From: Raillietiella orientalis
Lineage: Eukaryota
Length of the DNA: 64,000 nt
Reading direction: 5' to 3'
Assembly (NCBI GenBank): GCA_036172245.1
Contig: JAYWIR010000015.1
Coordinates: 2,294,001-2,358,000, forward strand
Positions 38,771 to 51,200 of this stretch are shown here, one piece after another (position 1 is the stretch's first letter; each line of letters begins with the position of its first letter). Below the pieces are notes generated by a model. The model searched no databases. It was not told the DNA's origin and worked only from the letters and a program-made list of their open reading frames with translations. The translations under genes and the position numbers were made by a program.

Positions 38771-41581
38771 CACGGGAGCCAATGGTGATTGAAGTATTCT
38801 GTCGTGTTTGCTATCCGAAGCGATCGGAGCAATGCTACTCAGGTGTATCTGTGAATGCTGGTTGTCTGAAAGTGAGCTAGGATGGTTTCCTCCTAAGGAA
38901 TTTGAAAAACTGAACGTCCATTATTTGCGCTCCGGCGACTCGTTTTCACCTCGGATGCGAATTTCAAATCTGTCTGAGAAGACCCTAGCCCATGCCTATT
39001 TGACTTGGCTCTAAATGATCCCTGAGCTTGAACCGATCTGTTCCTTATCCGACAACGACTCGTACTGTCAGACGGTCCTGCAGACCCCGAAAATCCATGC
39101 TCTTCCCTCAGGGAACCGGATTTCCAGAGCATGACGGGAAGCTGTTTTGAAGAGCGAAGCGACTGCTGTCACGTGAACCCCTTTTGCATGGTGGTGGATC
39201 ATTCGAGAATTTTCCGTTCACAATCAACCGTTCCGTGTGCCGTATAACAGAAATTTTGACAAACCATTCCTCTTATTACTCCTCATGCTCACAGACTATT
39301 CCTCAAGTCACATCTGATGTCACTGTTGAGGTGTCCTAAATGTTCTCAAAACTCGAAAGAATCCCGAAGCCAGAACCCCTTTTCCCACGGCCAGCAAGTC
39401 CAGTGAGTGATGAATGGAGGAGCATCCTGAAGTTCTACGCTCTTTGAATGGAAGAGGTGACGGACATGTCGATCCTTCGATTTCATTCCAGTATGATGAC
39501 AAACTGGAGTTGAGATACATGAAGTAACAGCTGTTCATGCGTGCAGTATGTAAATGTAAGCTGAAAGCAAAAAGCACACAGACGATCAGATGGGTATAGC
39601 TTTTGCGTGACCTTGCGGTTAACCTGGCGGATTTTGAGATGTCCACTGTGGCGTTTATGGTCCTGGGGGAAAAGGTGTGTCTTCTAACAGAGAAAGTACC
39701 CAAACAAGTAAAATCTTATAAATTCGCAGATGGTTCAATGAGTCGACATCGTCGATGAAATTTCTGACAAGTGGCATTCGATTAAGGAGCAAAAATTATG
39801 ACGTGCATCGTGGATTTTTTTTTTTTTTTTTTTTTTAAAGAACTCTAAAGAGAGTGACCAGGAAAGATTAGCGGATAAAGCAGTGGAAAACTTCCCAAAT
39901 GATGTTAAAGGAAACGTTGTTCACGAAGATGAGCCCCAAGCAAAAGATGAAAGCACCAGAGTGGTTTGGGCAAAAAGTTTTGGTTCCTTGATCACGTATT
40001 GAAAAAGAGTTTTCGAATTCCCTTGGACAGTCGGAGCGTGTCTCCGGACTTCCCAGAGCCATGCTCAGATTTCAGTTCCTGTTTGAAGAGCTCGTGGGAT
40101 CTTCAACTTGTGGTTACGTAGACAAAAAACGAAGACGGTGGGAGAGGTTCGAGAAATTTCAAAGCAACGGAGTTTCCAAAAGCCGATTTTGGCGTTGGTT
40201 TGGTTTGAATTTTCATTTGACTCAAAATGAGTTCACGTTTGTGGCACAACGTACACGACGTACGTTTCAACCTGTACACACATGGGTGCGCACGCGCATG
40301 TACATAGATGTCCAGGGAAACGGGGGAGGGAGTGGTTGCTTCGCTCGGGACTGGGAACAACAGAAATCGCAAACTGAAGTGCGCCTCCAAACACTATTCC
40401 ACAGCAGGAACCAAGTTCTCCATGGAATATCCTTTTGGGAACCGAGATTTACTTTTGGGCATCTTTTGTATTGATGACACACGCACTCCCTCTTGGTATC
40501 GAATCCAGACGACTTCCGAGATTACTCTGATTATCATATTTCAGGAAATACACGGTGGATACGTACGCGGTGCCGATTGGCGCCCATTCCCGCGGTCCTA
40601 ATTTCACAAAAATCGAAATTCCGACCGCTTTGTGCTGAAGACGAGTCAGCTTCCGACCCGGCTGAACGGCGGTCCTCGGAATAGGTGAAGGATGCGCCGA
40701 GTCGCCGTGCGCCTTTAGAAGGGAAAGCTCTAGTTGTTCGACTTGGCATCTTTCACCTCCTACTTCATGAAACTCTCACAGATTTGGAGTGCAGCTTCTT
40801 ACACCGTTCGGTTCCGAGACTCGAGGTCATCTTCCTGAACGTGGACTTTTTTCTTTTCCGTTACGGATTTCGAATTGCAAGATTTCGAAGCAGGCAGAAG
40901 AGTTGCACTCTGCGGTGAAACGAACCCTTTGAACTATCGGCAAAGCCATGAAACTCCCAAAAGGAAATCCTTTAAGATTCCAATTCCGCCCACATAAGTA
41001 CAGTACGATTCCGAACTCAGCGTGGTTGCGAATGGAATGACTGACTTTGCTGGTGGAACGAATTGCCATTTTTTTTTTCAAGCCTCTCTGTTAATGGAAA
41101 TGTTACTTACCTTGGAAATTATTTTGGGGGATTTTTTTTTTTTTTTTCTGAACTGAGGCTCTTGCTTTTTCAATTTGAGAGTTCTTGCATCTAGAGGAGA
41201 AATGTTATGTTCGTAGAAAACTGTCCCATCATCAACGTCTCCCTAGTTTATTCTTGCAAATCTCAGTAAAGGATCAAGACAAATTTGGTCACAAGAGTCT
41301 CATAGGTGAAGCATACCTTCCTATTGAAAACTTACCAACTGTTGATGATGTGAGCGAAGCTCTCAAAATCCCTTCCATGAGTCTGAATATACTGGACCCA
41401 GAATATGATGGTAAGAAACCTTAAATAAACGGCATATGTCAAAATCACTGTTTCTTCAGAGAAAGACCTATTGGACACCTTGAGTCAAAGAAAGAAATAT
41501 GGAGACAAAATAGCTTCTCAGTTTCTGCAGCAGTTGTCAAACCGAAGTGCCAGTAGCATCAGAACGAAGAAAAGAAAATGA
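21947..41581 (+). CDS. Divergent BAIAP3 / Munc13-4 (unc-13-4)-like protein, C2A-MUN-C2B; 5' end not resolved
   Basis: Exons assembled by eye: 21947-22068; 22144-22290 (EDLVSHVKQYLCLSDEEW, GC donor); 25605-25671 (C2A 'TIRMIKARNLKG'); 32071-32191 (WSQTFQL); 32255-32299; several short exons 32343-33751; 33946-34082; 34140-34425 (MUN 'FYEWF...AVENAIKLD...HSSSALDVTTLFYEMVSFWENLHWP'); 34474-34578; 34630-34815; from 37420; ~37653-37977 (YLHGRGKGLS, C2B 'VYVLNVSQL'); ~38037-38166 (IFDEQF); 41217-41410 (ISVKDQDKFGHKSLIGEAYL); 41460-41581 (stop TGA). Confidence 0.85.
24770..25300 (-). mobile_element. 5'-truncated RLE-type non-LTR retrotransposon (NeSL/Utopia-like) C-terminus in a BAIAP3-like intron
   Basis: KCCHSG..KTLPRITNHC (CCHC), ARYDAI (RHN-like), LRPDLVL..MLDVTCPFEN (PD..D endonuclease), KY after a frameshift, IGPFGTWDP and TRDIYWAH, the typical end of NeSL/Utopia ORFs. 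Confidence 0.8.
28400..28760 (-). mobile_element. Possible decayed LINE fragment (region just upstream of RT domain)
   Basis: QSLNAELYRSELKEDLRMNKK resembles the 'LN..IT.EEL..AL..M...K.PG' region before LINE RT domain 0. Weak. Confidence 0.3.
34950..35420 (+). mobile_element. Decayed RLE-type retroelement 3' fragment, copy 1
   Basis: Nucleotide similarity to 36870-37015 (GTGCTTTCCGG...AAAATCATCAA...TTTGGATGCTG.GTTTTCCTTCAGTCA.TCTTCC). Translation DARCAF...RARV.CR.RKIIK(C/Y)G resembles the RLE 'DVxCPF...K..KY' motif. Confidence 0.45.
36550..37015 (+). mobile_element. Decayed RLE-type retroelement 3' fragment, copy 2
   Basis: NSVRECNLGSHQRRCNEV (RHN.V-like), YFEMHCAF, RKIIKYG. Homologous to 35265-35410. 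Confidence 0.45.
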
Positions 41582-44500
41582 AAGCATTTACTTGTAGCAT
41601 TTCCTTGCCGAAGGTATGGTGTCGATGAAAATTAGAAGCTACCAGAAGACCTAATCTATAAAGAACTTTCTTAGGTCCTTTGTCTTATTTCATTTTTTGT
41701 TTTTTTTGGACTTCAAGTACTCAGGAGCGAACGTATGACTCATCTGCTATATATATATATATATATAGGAAACGATCCTGGAATTAATCCTAGATTCCAG
41801 AGTTGCCGAGAATGAGTTTTCCGTTAAATTTATTTATCTTCAGTGGCAAAATTTTCATTAACGGACCGCTTTGTTGGTGAGGTCACATCTTACACGAGCT
41901 TCCTGCCTTCAGTAAATACGAAGCTCATCGAAGATGAAGAATTTGCATATTAAAAGTTCATTACAACCGTTTTTTTTTTTTTTTTTTTTTTTTTTTTGCG
42001 GGGATAAAGCAGACACTGAAAGATTATCGAACACCGCACGCTGCTGCCAAACGTTCCAACTCTTGGCCGTGTTTACGAGTTCTTGGAGCCATGAAAGCGT
42101 ACCCATCTTTGGCCTTTAAACAACACTCCATCAATGGACCGTAGATGGAAATTTACAGACAGAAAATTTGATCTTCGTTTTAGCACAACAGACGGCATTC
42201 GGAATCTCACTGAAATACCCCTCTTCCACCGGGAAGTGATTTGAGGGCAGCTAGGTTGGGTCAGCTATCCGTGCCTCTTGCCGTCGGGTCATGACTCTCT
42301 TGCTTAAACCGAACAATTGTGGTTACTCAGATACCTTCGAATAATTTACAACTTTGGTCACATTTGGCTGAACCCGTTGGGGGACAAAAAACTCGGCATC
42401 TTTTGCTTTTCCCCGAAAGCAAGAATCTCCCCCCCCCCCGACCCCCAATTACCCTGGAAAAAAATCCCATTCCCGAGGACAACGAAGTTTGTTTGCCCTT
42501 AGTTCTGTTACGGAAATCGAAAGCAAAATTTCATTCAGACTTTGCAATGTATTCAAGCCTCAAGGTTGTTACTACAAGTGTATATGGATATGCTCTCAGT
42601 CAAAACATTTCAGGACCAAAAGGAATCGGATCTGAGACCGGAACGTCTGCTTTTCTACATATTGCAGGACGGAGAGGTCGACGAAGGACCCCAACTAGAA
42701 AGCAAATACAAATTCTACTTCCAAGCAGCTCCTTCTGGAACACGGGACTTACGATACAGGGAGCTGAATTCTACGACACCGTGTTGCGATCAAGCTAATA
42801 AACAAGAACGATCAGACATGCAACTCCCGGTCCTTTTTTAGTGCAATCGCCAGATTTTTTTTTTTGAAAACGAAAGGAAGGCTTCATTTCACCATCCGCC
42901 CGTTGCAACGCGCTACATCTTGTCTTTTCTTCCCTTCGCATTCCCTTTCCAGCTTCTCGATCCATTTAGAGCTCCGGTCCACTGCGGCATTGGGCAGTTC
43001 AAGAGGTTTCTTTCCTAACCCGCGTCCCTTCAAAGGTTTCCTGGTGCTTCGTAGGCGATTCCCGGGTGCTTGCAGCAACACACGGGGGTTACACCACATC
43101 CTAGATGGTGAATTGCTGCTTCCACTACTTCCACCACAGTGGTGTTCTGCAAGGTGGTCATACACTTTCTCGGTTCTGCGACTCAGATTTCGAGTGATCT
43201 GAAAATCACCCTCCAAATCAGTCCCTGACACGTTACTTCATATTGCCACGTCAAATAAAGTTGGCGGTGGGTCTAGAAATCCTCTTGAATTACCAGGGGG
43301 TGAACCATCATCACAGACAAGTCACAAAGAGTGAATTCTCATTTGTTTACTTCACCAGCGTTACCTGGCGTGTCGGTTTTTTTTTTTTTTTAAAGAAAAG
43401 AAAAAAGCATCAAAGCTTTAAAATTTATTCCCAGACACACTGCAAAAAATTCTCATTGATCGGCCATTTTCCAACTGCAAACACGACATCGACATTCAAC
43501 CATAAAAGCATATTTTCCCACCACGCTGTGCACCGAATCTTCCCATTAGCGTTGTGAAATCGGATAACATATAATTTTGGATTTTTGGGGTATTCACATA
43601 GGTGTTAGGTATGTGGGAAAAGCACCTGCATGGCTGTCAGGCACTGAACAGGGAAGCTCATGCGAAACCGACCGGCAGTTTATGCAACAAGCGAGAGGGC
43701 AACCTCTTTGATGAGGTGAGAAAACTAAGGGAGTATACTTCAAAGAAATCCCTGCAACCATCATTCACCTGCACGCTTCCCTGGGACCTGGGAATCCAGC
43801 TCGTTTCAGCTGCCTTCGCTTCTCTCAAGGGATAAACAGGCAAAGTGTGTTGTGCACATAACCAACGACCTCGAAGGAAAAGACCACGAAACGTCTCGAT
43901 CCCAGCAAGAACTTGGTGGATTCTCAGGTCATCGCAGTACCCACTGCTGGATGAAGAGTCTGCTGGGTTCCCTCCAGCCATCCCTTACCACTCTGCGTCT
44001 GACGTTGTTCTCTTGTTAGCATTTCGTCCGATCACCATGAATTCGCGTTTTCTTTCAAACGAATGCATCATTGATACAAAAATATGGAAGTATTACCCTT
44101 CCACGCAGAACCGAATCACTCGGCAGACACGTATGAATAAGCTCTGCTTTAGTAGTGAAACTGACTTACCCGTTTCACAATATCAGTTTCAGCTCCCTTT
44201 TGCATCCCTTCACTTGCACAGGTGTCCGCCAAAGCTTTCGCGGGACCTTCCTTCCTGGATGACTCTTCGCGGCGTAGGACAGTGAGTGCTCGACCTCCCC
44301 CCCCCCCCTTTAAAAAAAATAGTAGGGACACATGGCAAGCCACCGGTGACCTTTGCCAACGTGCATTGCGTGCTCGCGTCCGACCCCACGGGTTCATCGG
44401 CTCAGTGGAAACGACGCTCCCATTGAGCGAGAGTCCGGAGTACATTGAAGTGCCGGGCGGGGAGGCGGGGACAGTAGGGGGAAAGAAAGGAAGAGGAGGG

Positions 44501-44585
44501 ACCGGGAGCCTTGGTATTGAAACCGCTCCTTTTTGCGGAAGTCAACTGGAATTTCTGCTTCTCTACTCATCTAGAATTCCCATTG

Positions 44586-44617
<32 letters not shown>

Positions 44618-45010
44618 CCAACTATTCTCTTAAGAAGATGTCTAGAAACACAACAAGCGAATTTCCAAATTTTTAAACCTTACTGACTGTACACACGGTA
44701 ATGATGACTACTGTTCGAGTTCCTGGAACGATGTTTTGCTCTCCACCATGGGGGCTGGGGTTACCTCAGAAATGAATCAACGAGAACATCTCGAGTGTAA
44801 CGGGAGTGAAGTAATGGAACACACGGGCGGGAATTTCTTGAAACATGAATTCCTAAAGAAAAATGAACTCTCCAACACTCGGAACATGGGCCAAATTGAA
44901 GGGCAATCACGTCAGAACACATTGGTCTCTAGCTTGCATTTTAAGCTTTAGAGAGAAATGAACGCAAACAAATAGCATCAAATCTTAGACACGCATGTAT
45001 TTCCCAAGTT

Positions 45011-45016
45011 TTTATT
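45011..45016 (-). promoter_or_regulatory. Candidate polyadenylation signal of the ECE/Nep3 gene
   Basis: TTTATT on the plus strand (AATAAA on minus) about 220 nt past the stop codon. Confidence 0.4.
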
Positions 45017-45237
45017 CCATCCACAAAACTCTAACAATCAAAGAAAGCTTCCTTTCATCGAAAAGTGCCATACTTTCCAATGTTTACTATAAACACATAC
45101 GTTCATTCACACCACAAAAATAGTGATACAAAATTCAATACTGATAGTTGATAGTTTGCGCGAAAATCAAACTATTATGGTCAGCTTTATCCACCTTGAA
45201 GAATGGTTAAGGAATTTTTTTTTTTTTTTTTAATATA

Positions 45238-48200
45238 TCACCAGAGTTCACACTTATTTTCGGGATTCATTGGACTTCCAACAGGACAATCGAATTCTTT
45301 TGAAAATTCCCAGGAATTGGACAAAGTTCCTATGACTCTGTACTGAGAAGGCGTGTGAGGATCGTTCAGCATCATGAGATTCAGAAATTCATTTGTAATG
45401 GACGAACACCAAACCTTTGAGGCAAAATCATCAAGCAAATCGCTGCGATAGGTTCCGCAGTACCTGTGCAAATCCCAAAAACAGCAACTGTGACTGTGTG
45501 CAATTCAGCACCGGAATCAAAAGGTCTTCGCCATGAACTCTGATGTAGTCTTTGTAGGCATAGTATGCTGCTTTGAGACCTCCGTTATCAGCAATATTCT
45601 CACCTACAAGAAGAAAATAAAGGGGAAATTTAACAACAGCAGGTGATCACTTCAAGACCACCGTAAGTGCCCCAAGATTCTGTAGCAAATACAAAGTTAA
45701 CCAATAGATTCTTAAAGTGTGTTCCTCGAGAATCCGAATTTCGTTTTTTGGTCATTTTTCTCCCATTTTTTGTAGTACATAATTCATTTCTTCAGTCACT
45801 GCCTTGTTCCTGATTCTGGAAGCAATCTCCCCATGATGGCAACTTATATTTTCGATTAAAGATGGGGAAAGTGCATAGTGACCCCAAAGGCAATTTGTCG
45901 ATTACTTATCCAAAACATGTGACCATCTTATATGGCTCAACAGCGATCGTTCGTAACTTACTAATTATCAAAACAATGACAATCAAAACCCTTTTTTGCA
46001 ATAACTCACACAAGAAACACAAAGTATGAAAGAGCCGATTAAATAATAAATTTGCAAGCAATTGAAACAATCCACTTGTACTTAGTTTCTGCATAGCTTT
46101 TTGAAGACACTGTTTACAAGAACAGTTGACCTGCCATTTTAATAGTCAATTAGAGTACGACACTCACTTGGGATTCGGCAGCTGACAACTTGTAGTCGTA
46201 AACACAATCAAATTTCACTAAATTAAAACGATGTGATGTATGATGACTGGGAGGCTAAAAACCCACCACAGACCCTTGGTTGAAATAGTGAAACCACGAA
46301 TCGCCATCCTGAAAAGCTATGCTGCCATGGGCTCAGTGTTACAGTTCTCAAGAGTTTGATACTGATTCACCTTCTTTAATAGTACAAACATTGCAAATCA
46401 CTGTTAAATGCCCGTAAATAACCGTGAAACATTCAGGTGGATTCATCATGAGTCACATCGAAACTGACAAGTTCAGATTATACGTAACTACATACATGAA
46501 AAATTGGTTACCTACACATGCATTTTTTTCACTGCTGCACAAACCTGTCTCAAGCAGTACGGGAAAATAAAAAATATAACATTAAATACATGAAAGAAAA
46601 TAAAATAAAAACGTAAATATAAAACTCTGAAAAAGTTAAGAATCTAAATTCAAAAGGAAGATTATTGACTTCCTTATTTCTCAGAGTCTCCTGATTAATT
46701 TCCCTTTGCCAGTATCACAATCTTAAAAACATGAGAAAAAAGTCACCAAACTGAAAGACTTTTGATGTTGCCTGAAGTGATGCTTTTACAAGCTTACCGA
46801 ATGCATTGAAACACAACTCAAGCAATTAGAGAATAAATCAATTTTCTTTGATTTTTCTAAACACTTATGCGTAGCACACCAGGAAAATTACTAAGGCTGT
46901 CGACGAGCTTTAATTTGTTCCTTCTTTCGTGCACACGAAAATCCTTCACCAAGGATCGATAATGCACTAAACTACCGGTCTCATAATGTTTGAATTTCCT
47001 GAAACTCTGCAAAGTCTACAAAATTTATGTAGTAAACACATAAAATAAAAAAAACTTCAAACAGTGAAAACTAAAAATTGCAATTTAAACTAATAACAGG
47101 TACTCAACAATATCTTTCTAATTTCCCAACTTCATAAGATCGTGTTCGTCATGATGAACAGTGAATGATAAAATCTATTCTAGGCGAGAAATTTCAGTAA
47201 ATTACCGTATAAAAACGCTGTCTACCAAATTTCAACGTGAAGAATCATAGGTCGCTTGCTGAAAGCATGTAATTTGTTTCCGAAACAAATTTTTCAAGCG
47301 TACTGAATGGCTGAGTCAATAAGACTGGATATTTACTTGGAAAACACAATCCTCTTTACATGAACGCTCCTAGAAAATCTTGATCTTAAACGAATCGTGT
47401 GCATTAATTATAATAACTTAAATACATTAATTGCATGAAGCTGATTACAAAAAGCACATTTAAAAAAAAAAATACATGGATGCTAACAACAAATAACTTT
47501 AAAACCATAAAACATTCTAACTGAACTCTGACTCTGATACGGGACTTATGAGATATGATTTTTACAACAGGAATTTACATTTCTACTGGAAAGTGCTTAC
47601 CAAGTGTATTTTTGCCATTGATAAATTTTCCATCAATAGAATACTTTGAGTACTGTTTGATTAAACAATCTGCTTTTTCTTCAAACTTCTGGATAGTCTC
47701 ATTATTCCACCACTGTTTCATATTTCCATATTCATCGAATTCTCGGCCTTCACATTTCAAAATTAAAGGAAATGATGTGCTGGATTTACCTGTGTCATCA
47801 AATGCATGTGTCAGTTCATGCCCCATAACAACTCCCATTCCTCCAAAATTTAGCGAAATAGGATATAAAGAATCATAATAAGGAGACTGAAGAATACCTG
47901 CTGGAAATACAATTTGATTTTTCGAGGGTGTATAGTAGGCATTTACTGTCGGAGGTGTCATACTCCATCTGGAGAATATTAAACAATTTTAAATCAATTC
48001 TGCCAGCCAACCTTGTTTTGTTTGGAACTTGATTCAGGTATTTCAAATTCTCCTTCAACTGGAAGTGTCGACCATTCAGCATATTTTTGAAGTATTCATC
48101 ATTGTTCATATCCAAATCTTTATATTTTTTGTCCAATTCCTCTGGATGCAAAATGTATTCTGGAAAACCTGGAAAAAATTTAGAAAACAGTGAAGTCTAC

Positions 48201-51200
48201 AAATTCTTATTTAGGTATTTAAATGATTATTTAGTTCATAAAGACACTATGAATCACTAATCAATACTGACGAATCAATGCATGTGGGCTACTGCTAAAA
48301 TGCATGAGCCTATAAGTCATTTTCAGTTTCCTTCTTCGAATTATTGTCCTGCGAGTGTTTTTCATTTCATTTTTTTTTTTTCTCTCTCTCTCCAAGATAA
48401 GTGCATTTTTGTACACTCGTCTGAAATGTTATCTATATTCCCTAGGTTTCACTATGATATAATCAAAGAATGAAGATTCTCAAATCAGCATATAGTGGAG
48501 TCAAAAGCTAACATAAAATGCTTATAGCTGGCTTCACTTTTGCAGAATTCTTAATGGTGAAATTGGTGTTCTTTACATGCTTAACTATAATATATTGCAA
48601 ATACATATCCCCCTAATGGCAGCAATAGTTACATTCCAAGACGGTATTACATACAAGCTACCAATTTCAAGATTTCCTTAAGAATTTTTACTATCTTCCA
48701 AATTTCAACTCTTTAACACTATTTGTATGTTGTGGTATACAACTCCTATAATACATTAAGAGAGTAAAAGTCAACTAGCTATTTATGATGTTTTTTTCGA
48801 ACAATTGGTTAATTGTTTACATGGTTTGTTGGCTAAAAGACCAAAGTTTTCTTGGTCATCACACACGAAATACTTGATAATTATAAAACAGTTTTTGATG
48901 AATATAGACTTGCAATATGTTCTACAAATCCGAGTAGGTTTATATTTCCTTCACCTGCATATCCTCATATAATACATAAATTCATTCATTATTATGTCAT
49001 AAAAGAAGTTCATTATTATGTCTATCAGAAGTTTGCTTTACCTTTATTATCAAAACTACAGAAAAGTATTAAAGTTTTCCTAAAAATCGAGATCATTGAA
49101 ACGACGCAAAACACTTTTTTGCAACATAAACTATCGTTAAAATATCAAGCTCAGTTCTACAAATCCTGGTAGTTGAAATTGCAGTTTCAGTTTTTTTTGA
49201 ATATTTACATAAGGCTAATTGCATGAAAAAGATTTTTCGATACTTCTACTTGAGAAGATTACTACGCTTGGTATGATGGATAAATGTATAAAATGCAGCA
49301 GTGTTTTTGCATCTTAATCTGTTTATAATCATCCCCATCATTAAGTGAAAACAAGCTGATATAGACTTCTTTATACTAATTGGACTTATAATAAAATAGT
49401 GTTTGGAAAGACAAATGCCAAATGAAAATAAACATCAATATACCTGCAAGAGCATGCTTTCATATACCTATGAGACCATTACTCTGATGTCAAAGAAAAC
49501 ACAAACGTGAAAAATGCATCAATGCCTTTCTTCAGTCAAAAAAATTTTGTACACTTTCATAATCTACTTATGTTCCTAGTTTCAAACTGAATCATCTAAA
49601 CTTTAGGAATATCTTTTGGGAATTTAATTTTGTTCATTACATATCAGCAGTTAGTGGTCATATGTCATTACATTTACAAGCATATGCACATATATTAAAC
49701 ATTCTCTAATTAAAGGTCAACAAAATATTTTATTTCCAAGAATTACCTATCATATTTGTAATGGATTCTACTTTCGATTTTGTTTTCTTTCTAGTTTGTT
49801 CATCCATCCAATCTAATGCAGGAAGATTTTTAATAAATGCTTGTTTTATCATTTCAATCATAATTTCTACCTGAAATTAAATAGAACTGGGATAATCATA
49901 ACAGGCAACTTATTCCTAACATTAATTTGAATTTTTCATAATCCTTAAATTACAAAATACATTATACCACTTCTGATCATTGGTATTATTAAAAAGCATA
50001 AATAAAATTAACACTTGCACTGGATAGTATTCATCTTTAAAACAAAATAATAGAGAGCTCATAGAAAAATGAATGAGCTCATTCACGAAAAATGAAAATT
50101 CACGTGAAATTCACGAAAAATTAATTGAATAATTCGCTTCACCTAGAATGGAAATGTGGATACTACACTTAACCCTTTAACATCACCGCTTTCCTGACTG
50201 AATTCATTATCTATGAACACGCTTTTCGTAATTTTGAAACACGCAAAATACAGTACTATTTCTGAATCCTGCTGGTATTAAACATGTATAAACGTTTACC
50301 GAAAACTAACGGGCAGTATATGAAATGATCATTTCCTTTTCAATCTAACTTGATTGGAAGGGAAAAATGCTGTAACAACTTTGTGCTGATTTAAACTTCC
50401 AACAAACAAACAAATGGCATATTCTTACTGGGTGAAGAATTAGAATGCCTTTTGTTTCATTTTCTGTTAGCGAGAAAATGAAATACAGGAATTCACCTTA
50501 AACAAGACAACAATATATTAAAAAAATTCAATCTTTTGAAGTGATCGGACTTTGGAAATTCCTTTGCAAAAACATGACATAACCCATAAACAAATTTTCA
50601 AGACTAACAATTCAAAAGTTCATTTTCTGCTTTGTCCTTTCAAAAATTTATCTATAATTTATTTAACATAAAGATCATTTCTCTTGGAGATTTTTTCTTC
50701 TTTCAACTAACTTACCTGTATTTTTTCTTTTTCTTGGAATTCTTCTTGAACAAACAAAGCACCAAGTGCAAAACCCAATACATGATCTGCTTCCGCAACA
50801 CAAGTTCTCCATTTCTCTTCAGCACCCTTTAAGCCAATCAATGCTCTATGCAAAACTAATGCAGCGTCCAAAAAGTTTCTAGATAGGTAGGGCACAGCCT
50901 CATTGATCAATCTCCATATAAAGTAATTAAATAACAGGCTAGAAAACAATTTCAGAATGAGCATCACACAATTTTCAACAAAAGTAAGAGAATCTAGAAT
51001 GACGTAATTCTTCAGAAAAAAGGGAGTTTTTAGATTATGTGTAAGAGAGAAACTGATTGAAGTTAAGTTCACAACCTTACACAAAAAGCACACAAGCAAA
51101 ATAGGACTTTAAGGAAAACATGTAACATTCACGAAGGCAAACGGGAGATAAAAAAAAAAAATCAAAAAACAAAAACAAAAGATCATACTTACTAAAGAAG

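Noticed and set aside
42319..44593. Several 100-160 aa ORFs between the BAIAP3-like and ECE genes
   Set aside because: No homology recognised and no consistent splice pattern; probably decayed repeats.
50169..50180. TTAACCCTTT piggyBac-like terminus
   Set aside because: No matching opposite end was found in the window.
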